Below are positions 12,965-25,010 of a stretch of DNA of 64,000 nucleotides, piece after piece; positions within the stretch are counted from its first letter, which is position 1; each line of letters begins with the position of its first letter. Under the pieces are notes generated by a model. That model saw nothing but the letters and a program-made list of their open reading frames with translations. It was not told the origin of the DNA and ran no database searches. Location of the stretch: NCBI RefSeq assembly GCF_964204645.1, contig NC_134027.1:22034560-22098559 (forward strand). Direction: 5' to 3'. Source of the stretch: Tubulanus polymorphus. Lineage: Eukaryota; Animalia; Nemertea. The translations under genes and the position numbers were made by a program.

Positions 12965-13943
12965 GTACGTCAGACGTGGTAACGGGAGGTGCGGGCGGCG
13001 GTTCTGCGTACGAGACGACGTCGATAATTTCAATGATGGGGAGTTACCACGTTACGGGCGCACATGTGCTACGCAAAGATTTACAGTGATTATTTGTATG
13101 AGTTCATACATCAGCTGTTGCGCAGCTATTGACCTATTGTTCGCGGAAAACGTCTGTTGTTACCAAGAAATTCCGGCTATATGTCATATATATGATATGT
13201 ACATGCGTATCGATCGGAACTCTCATTAAATTCATTCATGAATGAGTTGAAATTTCGTGAATCGTTTTCGGGTCGCAGTCGCTTCGGCTGTTCTAGTTCC
13301 ACAGTCGTGAATACATGTCCTTAAAATAGTGATTGTCCCCGTTATTTATTTAATCGGTAGATTTCGATTGATTTTTTGATCGAATGTCTCTTACAAACCC
13401 GCCGCACCCGCCGGGAGCGAAACCAGGTACAGGTATAGTTGTGTGATCGGCGGTCAAATTTACAGAATTTTTTTGCTTAAATCGAAGTACATAATTGGGA
13501 AATTCGGTTCCGGTTCATTCAAAAAATCTTCCATTCAGCCTGAACCGGCAAACGACTGATTGGGTTTGGCTGCCTATAATACATCGAAATTTTGGAAATA
13601 TTGATTGGGAAATTCAATTCCGGTTCATGTTCCATAAAGCATAACTGTTGAACTGGATCCAGAAAATGAACACAACTGTGGAACTGGGTTCAGAGTCGGA
13701 TTACATCAACATCTGTAGATTCTGAGTCTAATTAAACCCACATATCTTTTTAATTGAAACAGAAAATTTAAAAAAACTGTAGAACTGGGTTCACAGTCGG
13801 ATGTAACCAACAACTATGCATCCGGACTGTGAGTCAAAGTAGTAAATACTTTTAACAATCGTTGAACTGGATCCAAAGTGAAATCAAACCACACAGCTGT
13901 GGATCTGGACCCCGAGTTGAGTTATAACAACACGACAGTGGAA

Positions 13944-14207
13944 AAATGAAGAAATCCCACACTTCGATTTTAAAATTATACGATCAAATGTATTATTATG
14001 AAACCACAACGTTTCGGCTGTTGTTGACTAACAGCCATCATCAGGTGGAATGACCAGAAAAACAAGTAACAAAGCATATAAACTCACAGGATCTAAAATA
14101 GAAGCAGTGTGTCAAAACTAAAGATAAACAGACCAAGCAGTTTTTTAGTGTGGGATTTCTTCATTTATCTACAGTATACACGGATTATAGTGTTTATCCG
14201 ACAACTA
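13944..14207. mobile_element. Penelope-like insertion, family A
   Basis: Inverted terminal segments (aaatgaagaaatcccacact / agtgtgggatttcttcattt); flanking duplication acgacagtggaa; carries a hammerhead. Confidence 0.75.
14004..14048 (-). ncRNA. Minimal type I hammerhead ribozyme
   Basis: Minus strand ccac-CTGATGA-t-ggctgtt(agtcaac)aacagcc-GAAAC-GTT-gtgg: both core boxes, 7-bp stem II, 4-bp stem I. Confidence 0.75.
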
Positions 14208-14365
14208 ACGACAGTGGAACAAGGTCCTAAGTTGAATTGAACCCACCCAACGACGGAATTGCATTCAGAGTCAAATTCAAAATCGTGGTTTATGGCTCAC
14301 GAGGCTGTAGTACTAACCGTCGTTCTTCGCTTAGAATAAAGTTATCTTATATTTCCATTCGACAG

Positions 14366-14448
14366 TTTCTACCGGTGCACGTGCCGACTGATGAAGAAAT
14401 CGCCAATCCGAAACTATTCGCGAGTGCAGTCCGTACCAAAATGGCTCA
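14366..14448 (+). CDS. LPCAT2: LPCAT exon
   Basis: gacag acceptor; FLPVHVPTDEEIANPKLFASAVRTKMA; donor gtaagt; 83 nt. Confidence 0.93.
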
Positions 14449-14700
14449 GTAAGTATAATGACTTTGTCCGGTGAAACAAAAATAGAGAACTGCGGATTTA
14501 AGCCTGAAGCACACAGAACGATTTTAATGGATGGAGACTTATATTAAGATATTTTGATCAGCCTCAATAGCACAGTGGGATAAGGCTTGATGCTGTTGCA
14601 TTCACTAGCAGTACTGAGTGACAAGTGGGTTCGAGTTCTGCTGGCTGCTTTCGGTGTGCTAGCAACAATTCAACGGCCCTCTCATGGTTAGGTGGAATGG

Positions 14701-14969
14701 CAGGGTGGCCATTGGCCTGGGAAAACCTGGAAAACTCGGGAATCAAAATAATCTAGACAAAAATCAGGTTATTTGACAAATTATACCAAAAACCGGTAAA
14801 ACTCAGGGAATTCGGTTTATGTTATCAACCGCCAGTACGTGATTCAATGAAAAATTAATGAATCGTAACATTTTAAACCTAGAAATTTCTTGTGATTCAT
14901 TCAGAGAATTATGTGTTATCGCCGGGAAAACTCCGGGGATTCGTAGATGGGTGGAAAGTGGCCATCCTG
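14701..14969. mobile_element. hAT-like MITE; relatives at about 16670-17110 and 51245-51730
   Basis: TIR cagggtggcca / tggccatcctg. Confidence 0.65.
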
Positions 14970-15314
14970 ATTTGGGTTAGTCATGGGGAAACCGAGATCG
15001 ACATCAAGTAAAAAGTATCGCGAGAAATGTGTGAATTATGAATGTTGCGTACAGTAAAACCTCCCTTAGTGAACACCTCTATTTAGTAAACACCTCCCTT
15101 AGTGAACACTTTTTGCCCGGAACCAAATTTTCCCTATTCATTTTCAATTAAACAGAACCTCCATTTAGTGAACACCTCTCTATAGTGAACAGTGAACACT
15201 TTCTCTGGTACCAAATGAGCATTTTACCTCTCTATAGTGAACAGTAGCCCCATCCCAGACGTGTATTTCGTGTATGCGCATTTTAATACGTGTATTTCGA
15301 TACGTGTATTTCAG

Positions 15315-15440
15315 GTGTTTAAAGATACCGGTCACCGATCATACTTTCGACGATTGTAAACTGATGGTATACGCGGCGAAACGTAAACTGCCGATGGCGA
15401 CGGGGCTGATCGAATTTCAGAAACTCAGTCGTCGATTGGG
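15315..15440 (+). CDS. LPCAT2: LPCAT exon
   Basis: tttcag acceptor; CLKIPVTDHTFDDCKLMVYAAKRKLPMATGLIEFQKLSRRL; donor gtgagt; 126 nt. Confidence 0.93.
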
Positions 15441-16339
15441 GTGAGTCGAATTGACGTTTCGCGATCGATGTGAGATTCGAAACTTTCGCGGAAGTCGAAT
15501 CGATTTTCGAGAGTCATCGAGATGCGATACGATGTATAACATTATTTTCGTTTAACAATCTAACGACTTTGACGAAAAACCAGTGAACATTCGTAGTATA
15601 TAAATTTGGTATGAAGCTCTGTTCGGATGCAAAAATTAGCTTATACAATTATATACAGCCCTGAGTGAAAAAAGCAAAGAAAAAAGTGTAGTTATTGTGC
15701 ATGTGCGAAAAAAGACTGATTTTAGTGTTTGACTTAGTAATGACAGTTTGACTGTAATAGCAAATGAGATTACATGTACTTTCAAGAAATACACATAAAG
15801 CCAAGCTCAGGTTGTCTGACGACCTGATCAGCAATAGTATACACTCGACTGCTTACTGCCGATTCATTTGTCTCACAATCTTAAGAGCACTCGGGTCGAC
15901 TATGACTCGATCATCGCTTAGTCTAAAAGTCATGTGATGCAAAACTTTTCGCTGATTGGCTACGACGATCTGATCGGCTTACGACCGGTCCGCGATCGAT
16001 TCGTTGCGGTCGTAAGTACACTCACGTCGAAAAGGTTCCCGATGAAAAAATTGCAGACTCGACTGCTTACGATCCGATCGGATCTTAGTCGACCTGTGCT
16101 CGGCATTAGAGTATACATGTACTTTTGTAGTATCGACGTATAGCTACCATTAGAAATAAAACCTCGACCACCAGTGAGGCTACTGAAATTGTAAATCCCA
16201 CTCTTGAGACTAAATTAGCTACCTAAAACTGGTGAAAATGATCTGAGTGATACCAAGCTCCAGTTTAATCTTAGTTATTCGGTGAAATTTTAATAGATTC
16301 ACGCAATCTTATCTATAAATATAAATGTATGTTTTTCAG

Positions 16340-16487
16340 ATTGAAATACGACAAAATTAAAGAATTACTGGAAAAATTTTCGAATATATCGAATAAACAC
16401 GGTCAGATAACGATCGACGAGTTCTCCGAACACCTCGGGTTACCCGTGTCGCAACCACTTCAACATCTCTTCTCATTATACGATAGA
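16340..16487 (+). CDS. LPCAT2: LPCAT exon, start of EF-hand region
   Basis: tttcag acceptor; LKYDKIKELLEKF...GQITIDEFSEHLGLPVSQPLQHLFSLYDR; donor gtaagt. Confidence 0.92.
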
Positions 16488-17146
16488 GTAAGTGTCGATA
16501 TCATCGGCATCCATGGAAACTGCCTCGTCGACCTGGTTTCGTGGCGTTCCCCGCAGGTGGCGCCGGGTTCGCGAAGCGCCCACCGAATGTTTGAAATAAA
16601 TCGATCAGTCGACGATTATCCCTATTTCAACGCGCATCCCAAAGTGTCGTCGTGCATACGACGAGAAATAAATCTGGAAATCTATAAAAATCCGTGAAAA
16701 CCAAAAACTTGAAAGAATTCAGGGAATTCGGATAATGTTATTGACTCCTGAGCACCTAGCAGCTGCTCGGATGTTACCTCTCCCCAGGGAGAGATGACTG
16801 ATACATGGAATAGAGTTATAGGCTGGGGGTAATAATACCAAGTTTGAAACGCATTTGACCAAGACTCTAGTTTGGATACCTGCGCTATATAAATGTCAAT
16901 TATTATTATTAGTATTATTGTTATTATTATTATTATAATTATTATTATTGACTGCGTGTTTCTTGATCAGTACGGGATTGGATGAAAAATGAATGAATTG
17001 TCACGTTTTTAATCCTAGAAATTTATCCGATTCACTGAGGAATTATGTGTAATCACATGGAAAAATCGGGGAAAACTCGGGGAATTTGTAAATGGTTGTA
17101 AAGTGGCTGCGACGCTGTAAGTAATGTATCGTGTTGTTTGTTGTAG

Positions 17147-17245
17147 GATGGGTCTGGTTCGATTGATTTTCGAGAGTACGTGATCGGTTTATCGCTGATA
17201 TCGATGCCGGCCAATACAGAAGAAACCATTCAACTAGCATTCAAG
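17147..17245 (+). CDS. LPCAT2: LPCAT exon, EF-hand loop (DR)DGSGSIDFRE
   Basis: ttgtag acceptor; DGSGSIDFREYVIGLSLISMPANTEETIQLAFK; donor gttagt; 99 nt. Confidence 0.95.
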
Positions 17246-17786
17246 GTTAGTTCGTTCGAACGACCGCTCGCAGTTCTCGATTGAAATTGGAAATTATTAT
17301 ATGCTATCACTGGTCAGTCCGTTCTAATTTGGCCTGTGCCGGGAAGAGAGAAATTCTTAACAGACCGAGTGAATGCTGAGCATTAACATATATAAAAATC
17401 AGCTGGTATAACTGGTCCAGCTGGATGCGACACTTGTGATTAACAGGCAATTAAACCTAGAGAAATGGTCCATTTTAAAATGGACTGGTCATTTTGCTTT
17501 GTCTTTTGGTCAATTTTTGGAATGGGCTTTGAATTCAGAATGTTATAAATAAGTTAGCTTAGACAGGGCTATTGAATCGAATTTGTCCTCAGTTGCCAGA
17601 TAATAAGTTTCCGAGACTAAGTCTTCTTGGTTGCGGCTTTCTGGTCTCTCAATTGGTGACGTGCCCCAGTGGATAAATCTCTCCTTAACTTTGGAAGGCA
17701 GAAAAATCGATAAAAAGGATGAAAAATTTGACTATGATCACTCGCGATGAATATGTATATATATATATCATTTTATGTGTTTACAG

Positions 17787-17928
17787 TTGTTTGATGTAGA
17801 TGGAGATGGTTTTATATCGCGCGAAGATTTAACAACGATTTTACATCAAGCGTTTAGTATGAATGAGTTTGATGTCGAGAAATTATTCGCCGACGTTCAC
17901 ACTGCTAGAAACGGCAAAATTTCTTTTG
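17787..17928 (+). CDS. LPCAT2: LPCAT exon, EF-hand DVDGDGFISRED
   Basis: ttacag acceptor; LFDVDGDGFISREDL...NGKISF; donor gtaagt. Confidence 0.94.
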
Positions 17929-18067
17929 GTAAGTATTCGAAATGCGCGGCGTCGAATCGGATTTATGATTTCTATTAAAAAAATAAATCATTACGATCAT
18001 TATGATGACGATGATGCTTAAGCCCCTATTTCAACCGGGCGCTTTACTGATAGTTCCATTAGTTCCC

Positions 18068-18180
18068 CAGGACCCAGTTCTACAGTTGTGAGTTAGAGTT
18101 AACTCTGAGTTAAATTAGTTCATTTTCAATAAGTCAACTCTGAGTTAAATCTTAACTCACAACTGTGGAACTGGATCCAG
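18068..18180. mobile_element. Hairpin MITE; copies at 34860-34955, 34998-35122 and termini at 42655/43500
   Basis: TIR ggacccagttctacagttgtgagtta / taactcacaactgtggaactggatcc. Confidence 0.7.
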
Positions 18181-18362
18181 ATATGTATCTGACTGTGTAT
18201 CAGTGTCATATCTGCCTGGGCAGAAGTACGTAACCTCTGAGTTTCTGACGCTCTGTGCTCGGCAGTCATCTATCAGACCCGTACATACTCTCTGAACAGC
18301 CCCTTACGATTTTACACACTGATTGGCTACAATTTGTGACACTTTATTTGAAATACATATGT

Positions 18363-18565
18363 AATTAGTCGACAAAAACCCACAATAAAAAAGAAAAACT
18401 ATCTGATTGTTTGACGTTTCGACTCAAATTTGTGTGGAAACGTCAAACTATCAGATAGTTTTTCTTTTTTGAGTCGAAACGTCAAACTATCAGATAGTTT
18501 TTCTTTTTTATTGTGGGTTTTTGTCGACTAATTGATATTTGACAGACACTTGTCTATGGAAACCA
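18363..18565. mobile_element. Penelope-like inverted-repeat insertion, family B
   Basis: Fold-back 18363-18533 with gaaacgtc motifs and an internal duplication; flanking duplication acatatgtaat. Confidence 0.6.
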
Positions 18566-18779
18566 ACATATGTAATATCCAACTCGAATATCGCTCAAAT
18601 CAGACACATTTATTTTAAAAGTTCCGACTTGAGCGAAGTCTATTGTACAACAAAACCACTCGTTAGTATGTACATTGCCTGAGTAATAATAACAGTTTGT
18701 TTTCTCGGGCTCGTTTGGACTCGTAGGTCGGGTCATTTTAGAATGTCGCGTCGCTACGATATCGTGTTATTCTTTTCAG

Positions 18780-18910
18780 ATGAGTTTAAAGCGTACGCTT
18801 CGCAAAAACCAGAATATGCCTCTTTATTCGTTACATACCAAGGAATGAAAAAGAAAAGTGTCGCCAACGGCCCGAACGGCGGCAACCACATCAAGTCGAA
18901 GTCCGAATGA
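18780..18910 (+). CDS. LPCAT2: LPCAT terminal coding exon ending KSKSE* (KxKxx ER-retrieval motif)
   Basis: ttttcag acceptor; EFKAYASQKPEYASLFVTYQGMKKKSVANGPNGGNHIKSKSE; TGA at 18908-18910. Confidence 0.92.
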
Positions 18911-19935
18911 CTAGCGCGCCACCGTGTGGTGCCGAAAGACACTATTCCAGATCGGAGAATTTGCAGAGAAGTCGAGGCGAACGCTTAGAATAACGAATAA
19001 GAGTTTATATATATATTTCAACTGATTAGAAAAGAAGAAAAAGAATCGAATTTTAATCGCTGTAAACTTTGTACGAACGACGCGCGCGTTATATTTCTCG
19101 CGAGGGTCTCTCGTACGAAGAAGAAATAATTGACGCGCGATCGAATCGAAACGATGGATGAAACGATTCGCGAAAGTCCTCCCTCGGCGCGTATCGAAAT
19201 CTGATGGTGTCGCGCCGTACTTAGGAACCACCGTCGTATTAAACCAAACGCGCCGGTGCCGTGCAAAAATCTAATGGCTCAATCATGTTTCTTGTTTTAT
19301 TTTACTCTACAACCGTAAACATATGGCTAAACATGATGTCATAAACCCGACGCACATGACACCGGGGAACACGTAAACATAGAAACACGGAATCTAATTT
19401 TTGGTCTTGGAAACATTGTTTCCCGAAACCATGTTTCTCGCGACACAGATATGGGGAAACGTGTTTATGTTTACTGTTTCAGTGTTTCCCAGCGTTGCGT
19501 GTGCGCGTGCTGTACTAGGTGGGTAATGCGGGCGCGATCGGGTTCGAATTCCTGCGAGGGAGGACGCCCGGTCGTTATTTAAATCGGATCGTTTTTTAGA
19601 AGTGATCATTTTTGTCCTGTTTTATTAATCGTTAAACCAGAAAGGACGCCGAACGGCCATTTTCCGGTCATCGTTCATGTTCGTGCGTCGATCAATTGTG
19701 TATTCATCCGAGTGCTCATTTACGTAATTCTTGAGAAATTTTGTGATATATATATATATATGTATAACGTCATCGCTAGGCCGCGTACGCGGAGGCCGCC
19801 GTAGTGATGGATGTTTTACCATCAAACGATGATGACAATGCAGTAGACTCTGCCCTTTTCGGCATAAGGCGTTGGTTTCCTATATTCGGACGATTCAGAG
19901 AAATTTACTACGTACTTCATATTCAAAGTAATGAC

Positions 19936-20231
19936 TTAACCCTTTCAGTGCTGACTAATTAATACCCTATAGTGCTGGAGATAATTTGAAAATTTTAAAA
20001 AATTCCACCCTAGTGTGTTGAAAAACGGGAATACCACTATAGTGCGTCTACACTGCGGTGCAGTGTATCGTTAGTTACTAGTATTTCACTATATTTGACA
20101 GGTGCTGTCATTTTTCAAGAGAGATAATTACTAATTACTTATGACATCAATACACTGCAGTGCGGTGTACTAGCAAAATCTATCACTGATTTATACACCG
20201 CACTACGGTGTAGACGCACTGAAAGGGTTAA
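19936..20231. mobile_element. piggyBac-like MITE downstream of the LPCAT stop
   Basis: ttaa-ccctttcagtgc ... gcactgaaaggg-ttaa. Confidence 0.88.
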
Positions 20232-20458
20232 CGGAGTTGAAATTGATATCCCGGTAGAAAACTGGTACGACGATCGCGATACGACCGTTAATTCCGCTCT
20301 TTCGAAAAAAATGCGCAGAATATGTGATTTGGACATCGATGAAATTTTTGTTTACTGAATTTTCTGAATAGAGCGGCGTTGACTGAAGCGACGAAAGGCG
20401 ATATATAGCTACACGCATTGAAATTTTTCAGACCCGAACGTACAAGTGTACTAAAATA

Positions 20459-21062
20459 CTGGGCCCAGTTTTATCGACTGGTATTAACTTTCACCTGTGG
20501 GTTTGTTAGTTTGTTTATTTTGGCTTTACGTCGCTTGGATCTTGGTTTCCCGAGACTAACCCTATTAGATTATTCATTTAACCTCACGACGGGACGGATC
20601 TCACTGAGCTACTGGGGCCGCTTTACTCAATTCATTTTCTATGGAGTTAACCCCCGGGTTAAAGATAATACCGCTGTATAAAACTGGGTAGTTTTGAAAA
20701 AGTACTGGGGGCCTATAGACCGGTATCGACTTTTATCCGGGGGGCTAACTCCATTCATTTTCAATCGAGTTAACCCCCAGGTTAAAGATAATACCGCTGT
20801 ATAAAACTGGGTAGTTTTGAAAAAGTACTGGGGGCCTATAGACCGGTATCGACTTTTATCCGGGGGGCTAACTCCATTCATTTTCAATCGAGTTAACCCC
20901 CAGGTTAAAGATAATACCGCTGTATAAAACTGGGTAGTTTTGAAAAAGTACTGGGGGCCTATAGACCGGTATCGACTTTTATCCGGGGGGCTAACTCCAT
21001 TCATTTTCAATAGGGTTAACCCCTGGCTTAAAGTTGATACCAGTCTATAAAACTGAGCCCTG
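20459..21062. mobile_element. MITE with three internal 123-bp tandem units; short relative at 26230-26344
   Basis: TIR gggcccagttttatcgactggtat / ataccagtctataaaactgagccc; units at about 20640-21010. Confidence 0.8.
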
Positions 21063-22366
21063 TAGTTTACTTACTGCTGATGAAGCCGGGTCTACTGTAT
21101 TTCCTACATTCTTGCTCAGTATTTTTTACCGATTCTAACTCGACCAATGTTGTAAGAACGTCGACTATAACTATGAATGGTGTGTCGCTATTACTAGTCG
21201 CTTCTTATGCTGTGGTCATTGAAAATTCTTTATCCTCCACAACACACCCCCCCCCTTTAGTCAGGTACTCGACACTAGATCGACACCGATAAAATTTTCT
21301 TACTGTCGGGATTTGACATCATCATAAGCTTCGATCGACAGGTTTTCGCTAGATCATCTAGGTCATCGAAGGTTTAGGAATTGACGTGATACGAGATGAA
21401 CCAGACCAAAGTAGAGTTCATTCAAGTCGGTTATTAATGGCAATTTTTTTAATAGTAATTATCGCTATAATTACTGTAATCAATCGAGAATTAATAATAG
21501 ACGTAATGAAAGATTATCATTTGACAAAGTCGACATTGATAAAAAGTATGGATAACAGGAATTTGTTGTTTGAAATGTGTTTTTTCGAAGCAATTTCGAC
21601 ATGTCTCTCTATGTGGGAGGAGGGCACAGGATTGTCATTGACTGCTGCGTAATTTATTGTAAAATGCCTCTCGTTTCGTTGCGACGATGGTTTTATCCTC
21701 CTTATTTTATGATGTCGATACATTAAAACACTAGTATCGGCTCTTACGGACTTATCAGCGGTATTGTATTCAAAGATTCTAGGACAATTCCCGTGTCAGG
21801 GGGGAATTGTTCTGATAGGGTATTCGAATTATTAACCAAGGATCAACTTTCAATATACAACGTTTGATTAAAGAGAATTTAGGCAGGTTTCGATTTTACG
21901 TATTGAGGTTTAAGTATAGCGAATCCAGGGCCTGGTTGCACAGTCGTTACTTAAGTCCAAAAGTGGTCTTAAATCATAAGACTGGTCTTAGGTTGTTAGA
22001 TTGGATATAGAACTAAGTTGGTCTTAGACAGGTCTTAAAGTCGAAGCTGTAACTACGCAACCGGTCCCTGATTACTAACTCCTTACCAGCCTTCTATCGG
22101 TTTACAGATTTTACCATCTAGGTCGGTAGAGCGTGTTTAGGTGGAAACGAACGCGCCCGAGAAATATTCCAGAATCAGCTCACATGTTCCCATGAGGCTA
22201 CGGATATACTTGTACTTGCAGTTCAGTCATCAGAAACACTACGAATATATTCGTAACTGTTTCTTTGTATGTACTGTTAGATATAAGCGCTCAGGCACAC
22301 GGGAATGATACAGTTCCTGATTGGCTGGCGATGTGAACACACTTGACTTCATTCTCGATGCTCATT

Positions 22367-22584
22367 CAGAGCTGCCAACTGGTCCTGATTTTCAGTATTT
22401 GTTACTCTTTTATAAAGAGAAATACTGTTTTGATTTGATTGATGCGTAGACAAATGTGAAGGATGTTACTGAGGGTCTTTCTATTGAGTACTGATTGATT
22501 TCAACATTTTCTTTCACATTTCAATGAAATGTTACTGAAAAAAACTCAATTTGTTACTGATAGCACTTTTCAGAGGTTGGCAGT
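22367..22584. mobile_element. MITE; inverted copy at 35328-35533 and fragment at about 1060-1230
   Basis: cagagctgccaac ... gttggcag termini; shared body between copies. Confidence 0.7.
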
Positions 22585-22820
22585 ATATTCGTGCGGGGGC
22601 ACCACCGTATTATCAAGCCGGCAGCGGACGCGTTCAGGAAGACCAATCGAAACCTGCCTTAGATTTTAAAAACGATTGGTTTCTCGGTGCTACCTTCCGT
22701 AGTAACGTTGAGAAACCGTGGAAATAATTTTTCGAAAAATGATTTTCAAAAACGACCGATCGCTAAACAGTCCTTTAAACCTCCTTCGAAACCCGGGTAT
22801 TGATTTGTATAGTTTCTGAT

Positions 22821-23266
22821 TTAACCCATTAGCACCTACGCCACCCGGGTCAGCCCAGGACTCGGTTTCACAAAAAAGTTTAACTCGAATTTTTGGTGTA
22901 ATCGCTATTGGTTAATTCATATCTTCAATTGAGGACTACAATTCAAACTCAACCGTTTTAGACTTACACTTTTTGTGGAACTGGGCCCTAGTGTTGTTTC
23001 TTACTAAACGCCCAGCATAATTATGACACCAACCGATGAATTTACGAATGGAACCTGAACATGTGCATGATTTAACCAGGGCGCTTCAATGAAAAAAGGA
23101 ATGCCGGAACTATGGATGAGGCACCGTTTCTTGGTGATCATAGTTTCTGACTTAAGGATCCTTACTAAAGATTGTAGCATACAACTTAGTGACGTCGTTT
23201 CTATTGTTGATGTAACCGAGCGAATCTAAAACGGTGGCTATTTCCTAGACGGTGCCATTGGGTTAA
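22821..23266. mobile_element. piggyBac-like MITE with a nested hairpin MITE (about 22857-22990)
   Basis: ttaacccattagcacc ... ggtgccattgggttaa. Confidence 0.6.
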
Positions 23267-24840
23267 CGTAAGTTCGAAAAAAAAGAGTTCACCTGATTTC
23301 CAAGTATTTCATGACATTTTCGTAACATTTTTGCCCGAGTAGTTGTTAAACTAGTGCTCTGTAAGTTTCTTGTTTGGTTTTTTGTGTGTGCGTTTTTTGA
23401 ATAATGTTTGTTTGATTTTTTTCGATTATTGATTGCTACTTATTATTATCACTATTAGTATTATCATTATTGCTATTATTTTAACCGTGTAGATTTATGT
23501 ACTATTTCGTAGTGATAGAAAATGTTTTCACTGTAAATTTTTGTTCGCAGTTTGTGCACGTTAATTTGTACCGATTGAAAAGTTTGTCGGCCCTCGAGTC
23601 GGAATCTACGGTACGACCTGCTTATAATTCGAATCATTCGGGACCAAAGGAATAATACATCCGGTGAATTAAGAATCGTCAAGTACGTAGCAAAGTTGGA
23701 ATTTCATTGAAATCGATTCGGATTATATTCAGGTTACCCGTAGAATTCATTGGTATCGTTATATTATTGACTATGAAAATTCGAAATGTTTTTCCTCAGA
23801 ATTTTTACCTCGACGAAACGCTGTATGATGCTTACTGTTGGCCGGTTTTTGGGTTCGAGGCGAAAAATATCGAAAAAAGAAAATACCTTCACGAGAATAT
23901 TGCGTAAATAAATGATAAGTTTTGAAACAAAGACGCGATTTTATTTTGAGACGTGCTCTTTGCGTGAGACGGCCAGGGTTTTGAAACATTTTTAATTGAA
24001 AAGCCATTATTGAATTTTCGAAATCGATTCAGTGTCCAGTCCAGCGAACTTTCCTCCATGAAACGCGCAGACTGCTCGCAGATACTGGTCCATACTCATC
24101 AGAGTCAGAGTAATTTAGAGCAACTTTACGACGCGTGATTTGTAGCGAGTTTACTAAGCGTTACCTTTTGGAAATGATTTGTAAAGGCCCTCACCTTTCG
24201 ACGAAAATGTAAGAAAGTGATGAAAAGTGCAATTTTTCTTTTACCTGATTTGAAAAACATTTACCATTTGAAAACAGCCATCTTGTCACACTCAGCATTC
24301 GTAATTGTATACCATGTGTGAATCAAATAATCAAAGGCTGAACGCAAATCTCTTTTCTGGGTAATTAATGTGACAAAGTACATGGACGACATAGATCATT
24401 CGTCCGTAAGTTATTCTTACTGTTTTCTAACATCATCGCGATTCACTAAAAAAGTGCTACTTTCTTCCCACAAAAAGTCCTTACTTTCGCCTAAATCTTA
24501 CTGCTACAAACCACCATGTGACATGATTATGGAGCTCGATGATGAAGTAACTGAAAAATCACCCTGTTATCTGCCCTTTGCCAGTCGCTGGTATTTGGAA
24601 ATATTTTAGAAACTTGCAGAAAGATAGCTGCTTCCGTAATGGTTCCAAATATGGCAACACTAGAATCGGCAACACGCAAATCCAGTTATCCCATCCGCTT
24701 GACATAACTGTGGTAACAGTCAGTTTTATGTTACGTAGTCAAAAAAGTTGATTTTCATCAACTCCAAAATCGAGATATTAAGCCTCTCGAAGATACAGTA
24801 CAAGGTTGATAGCGATTCATTTTGAGAACGTTGGCCATTA

Positions 24841-25010
24841 CAGTAAACCTCGCCTTACTCAGACCGGGCCGACTCAGGACATAAACTAACTCGGACTAAA
24901 ATGAAAGAACATAAACTAACTCGGACTAAAATGAAATTATTTTTCTGACTTCCATTTACCTTAACTTTGGAAAACCGATTCTGCTAGTCCGCGTTCAGCG
25001 AGGTTTACTG
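24841..25010. mobile_element. Tc1/mariner (pogo/Tigger-like) MITE
   Basis: TA TSD; TIR cagtaaacctcgc / gcgaggtttactg. Confidence 0.8.

Noticed and set aside
18908-19300. Selenocysteine decoding of the LPCAT UGA
   Set aside because: No SECIS recognised; the UGA follows a normal C-terminal dilysine motif.
20639-21010. 123-aa ORF with three 41-aa repeats
   Set aside because: By-product of a 123-bp tandem repeat inside a MITE.
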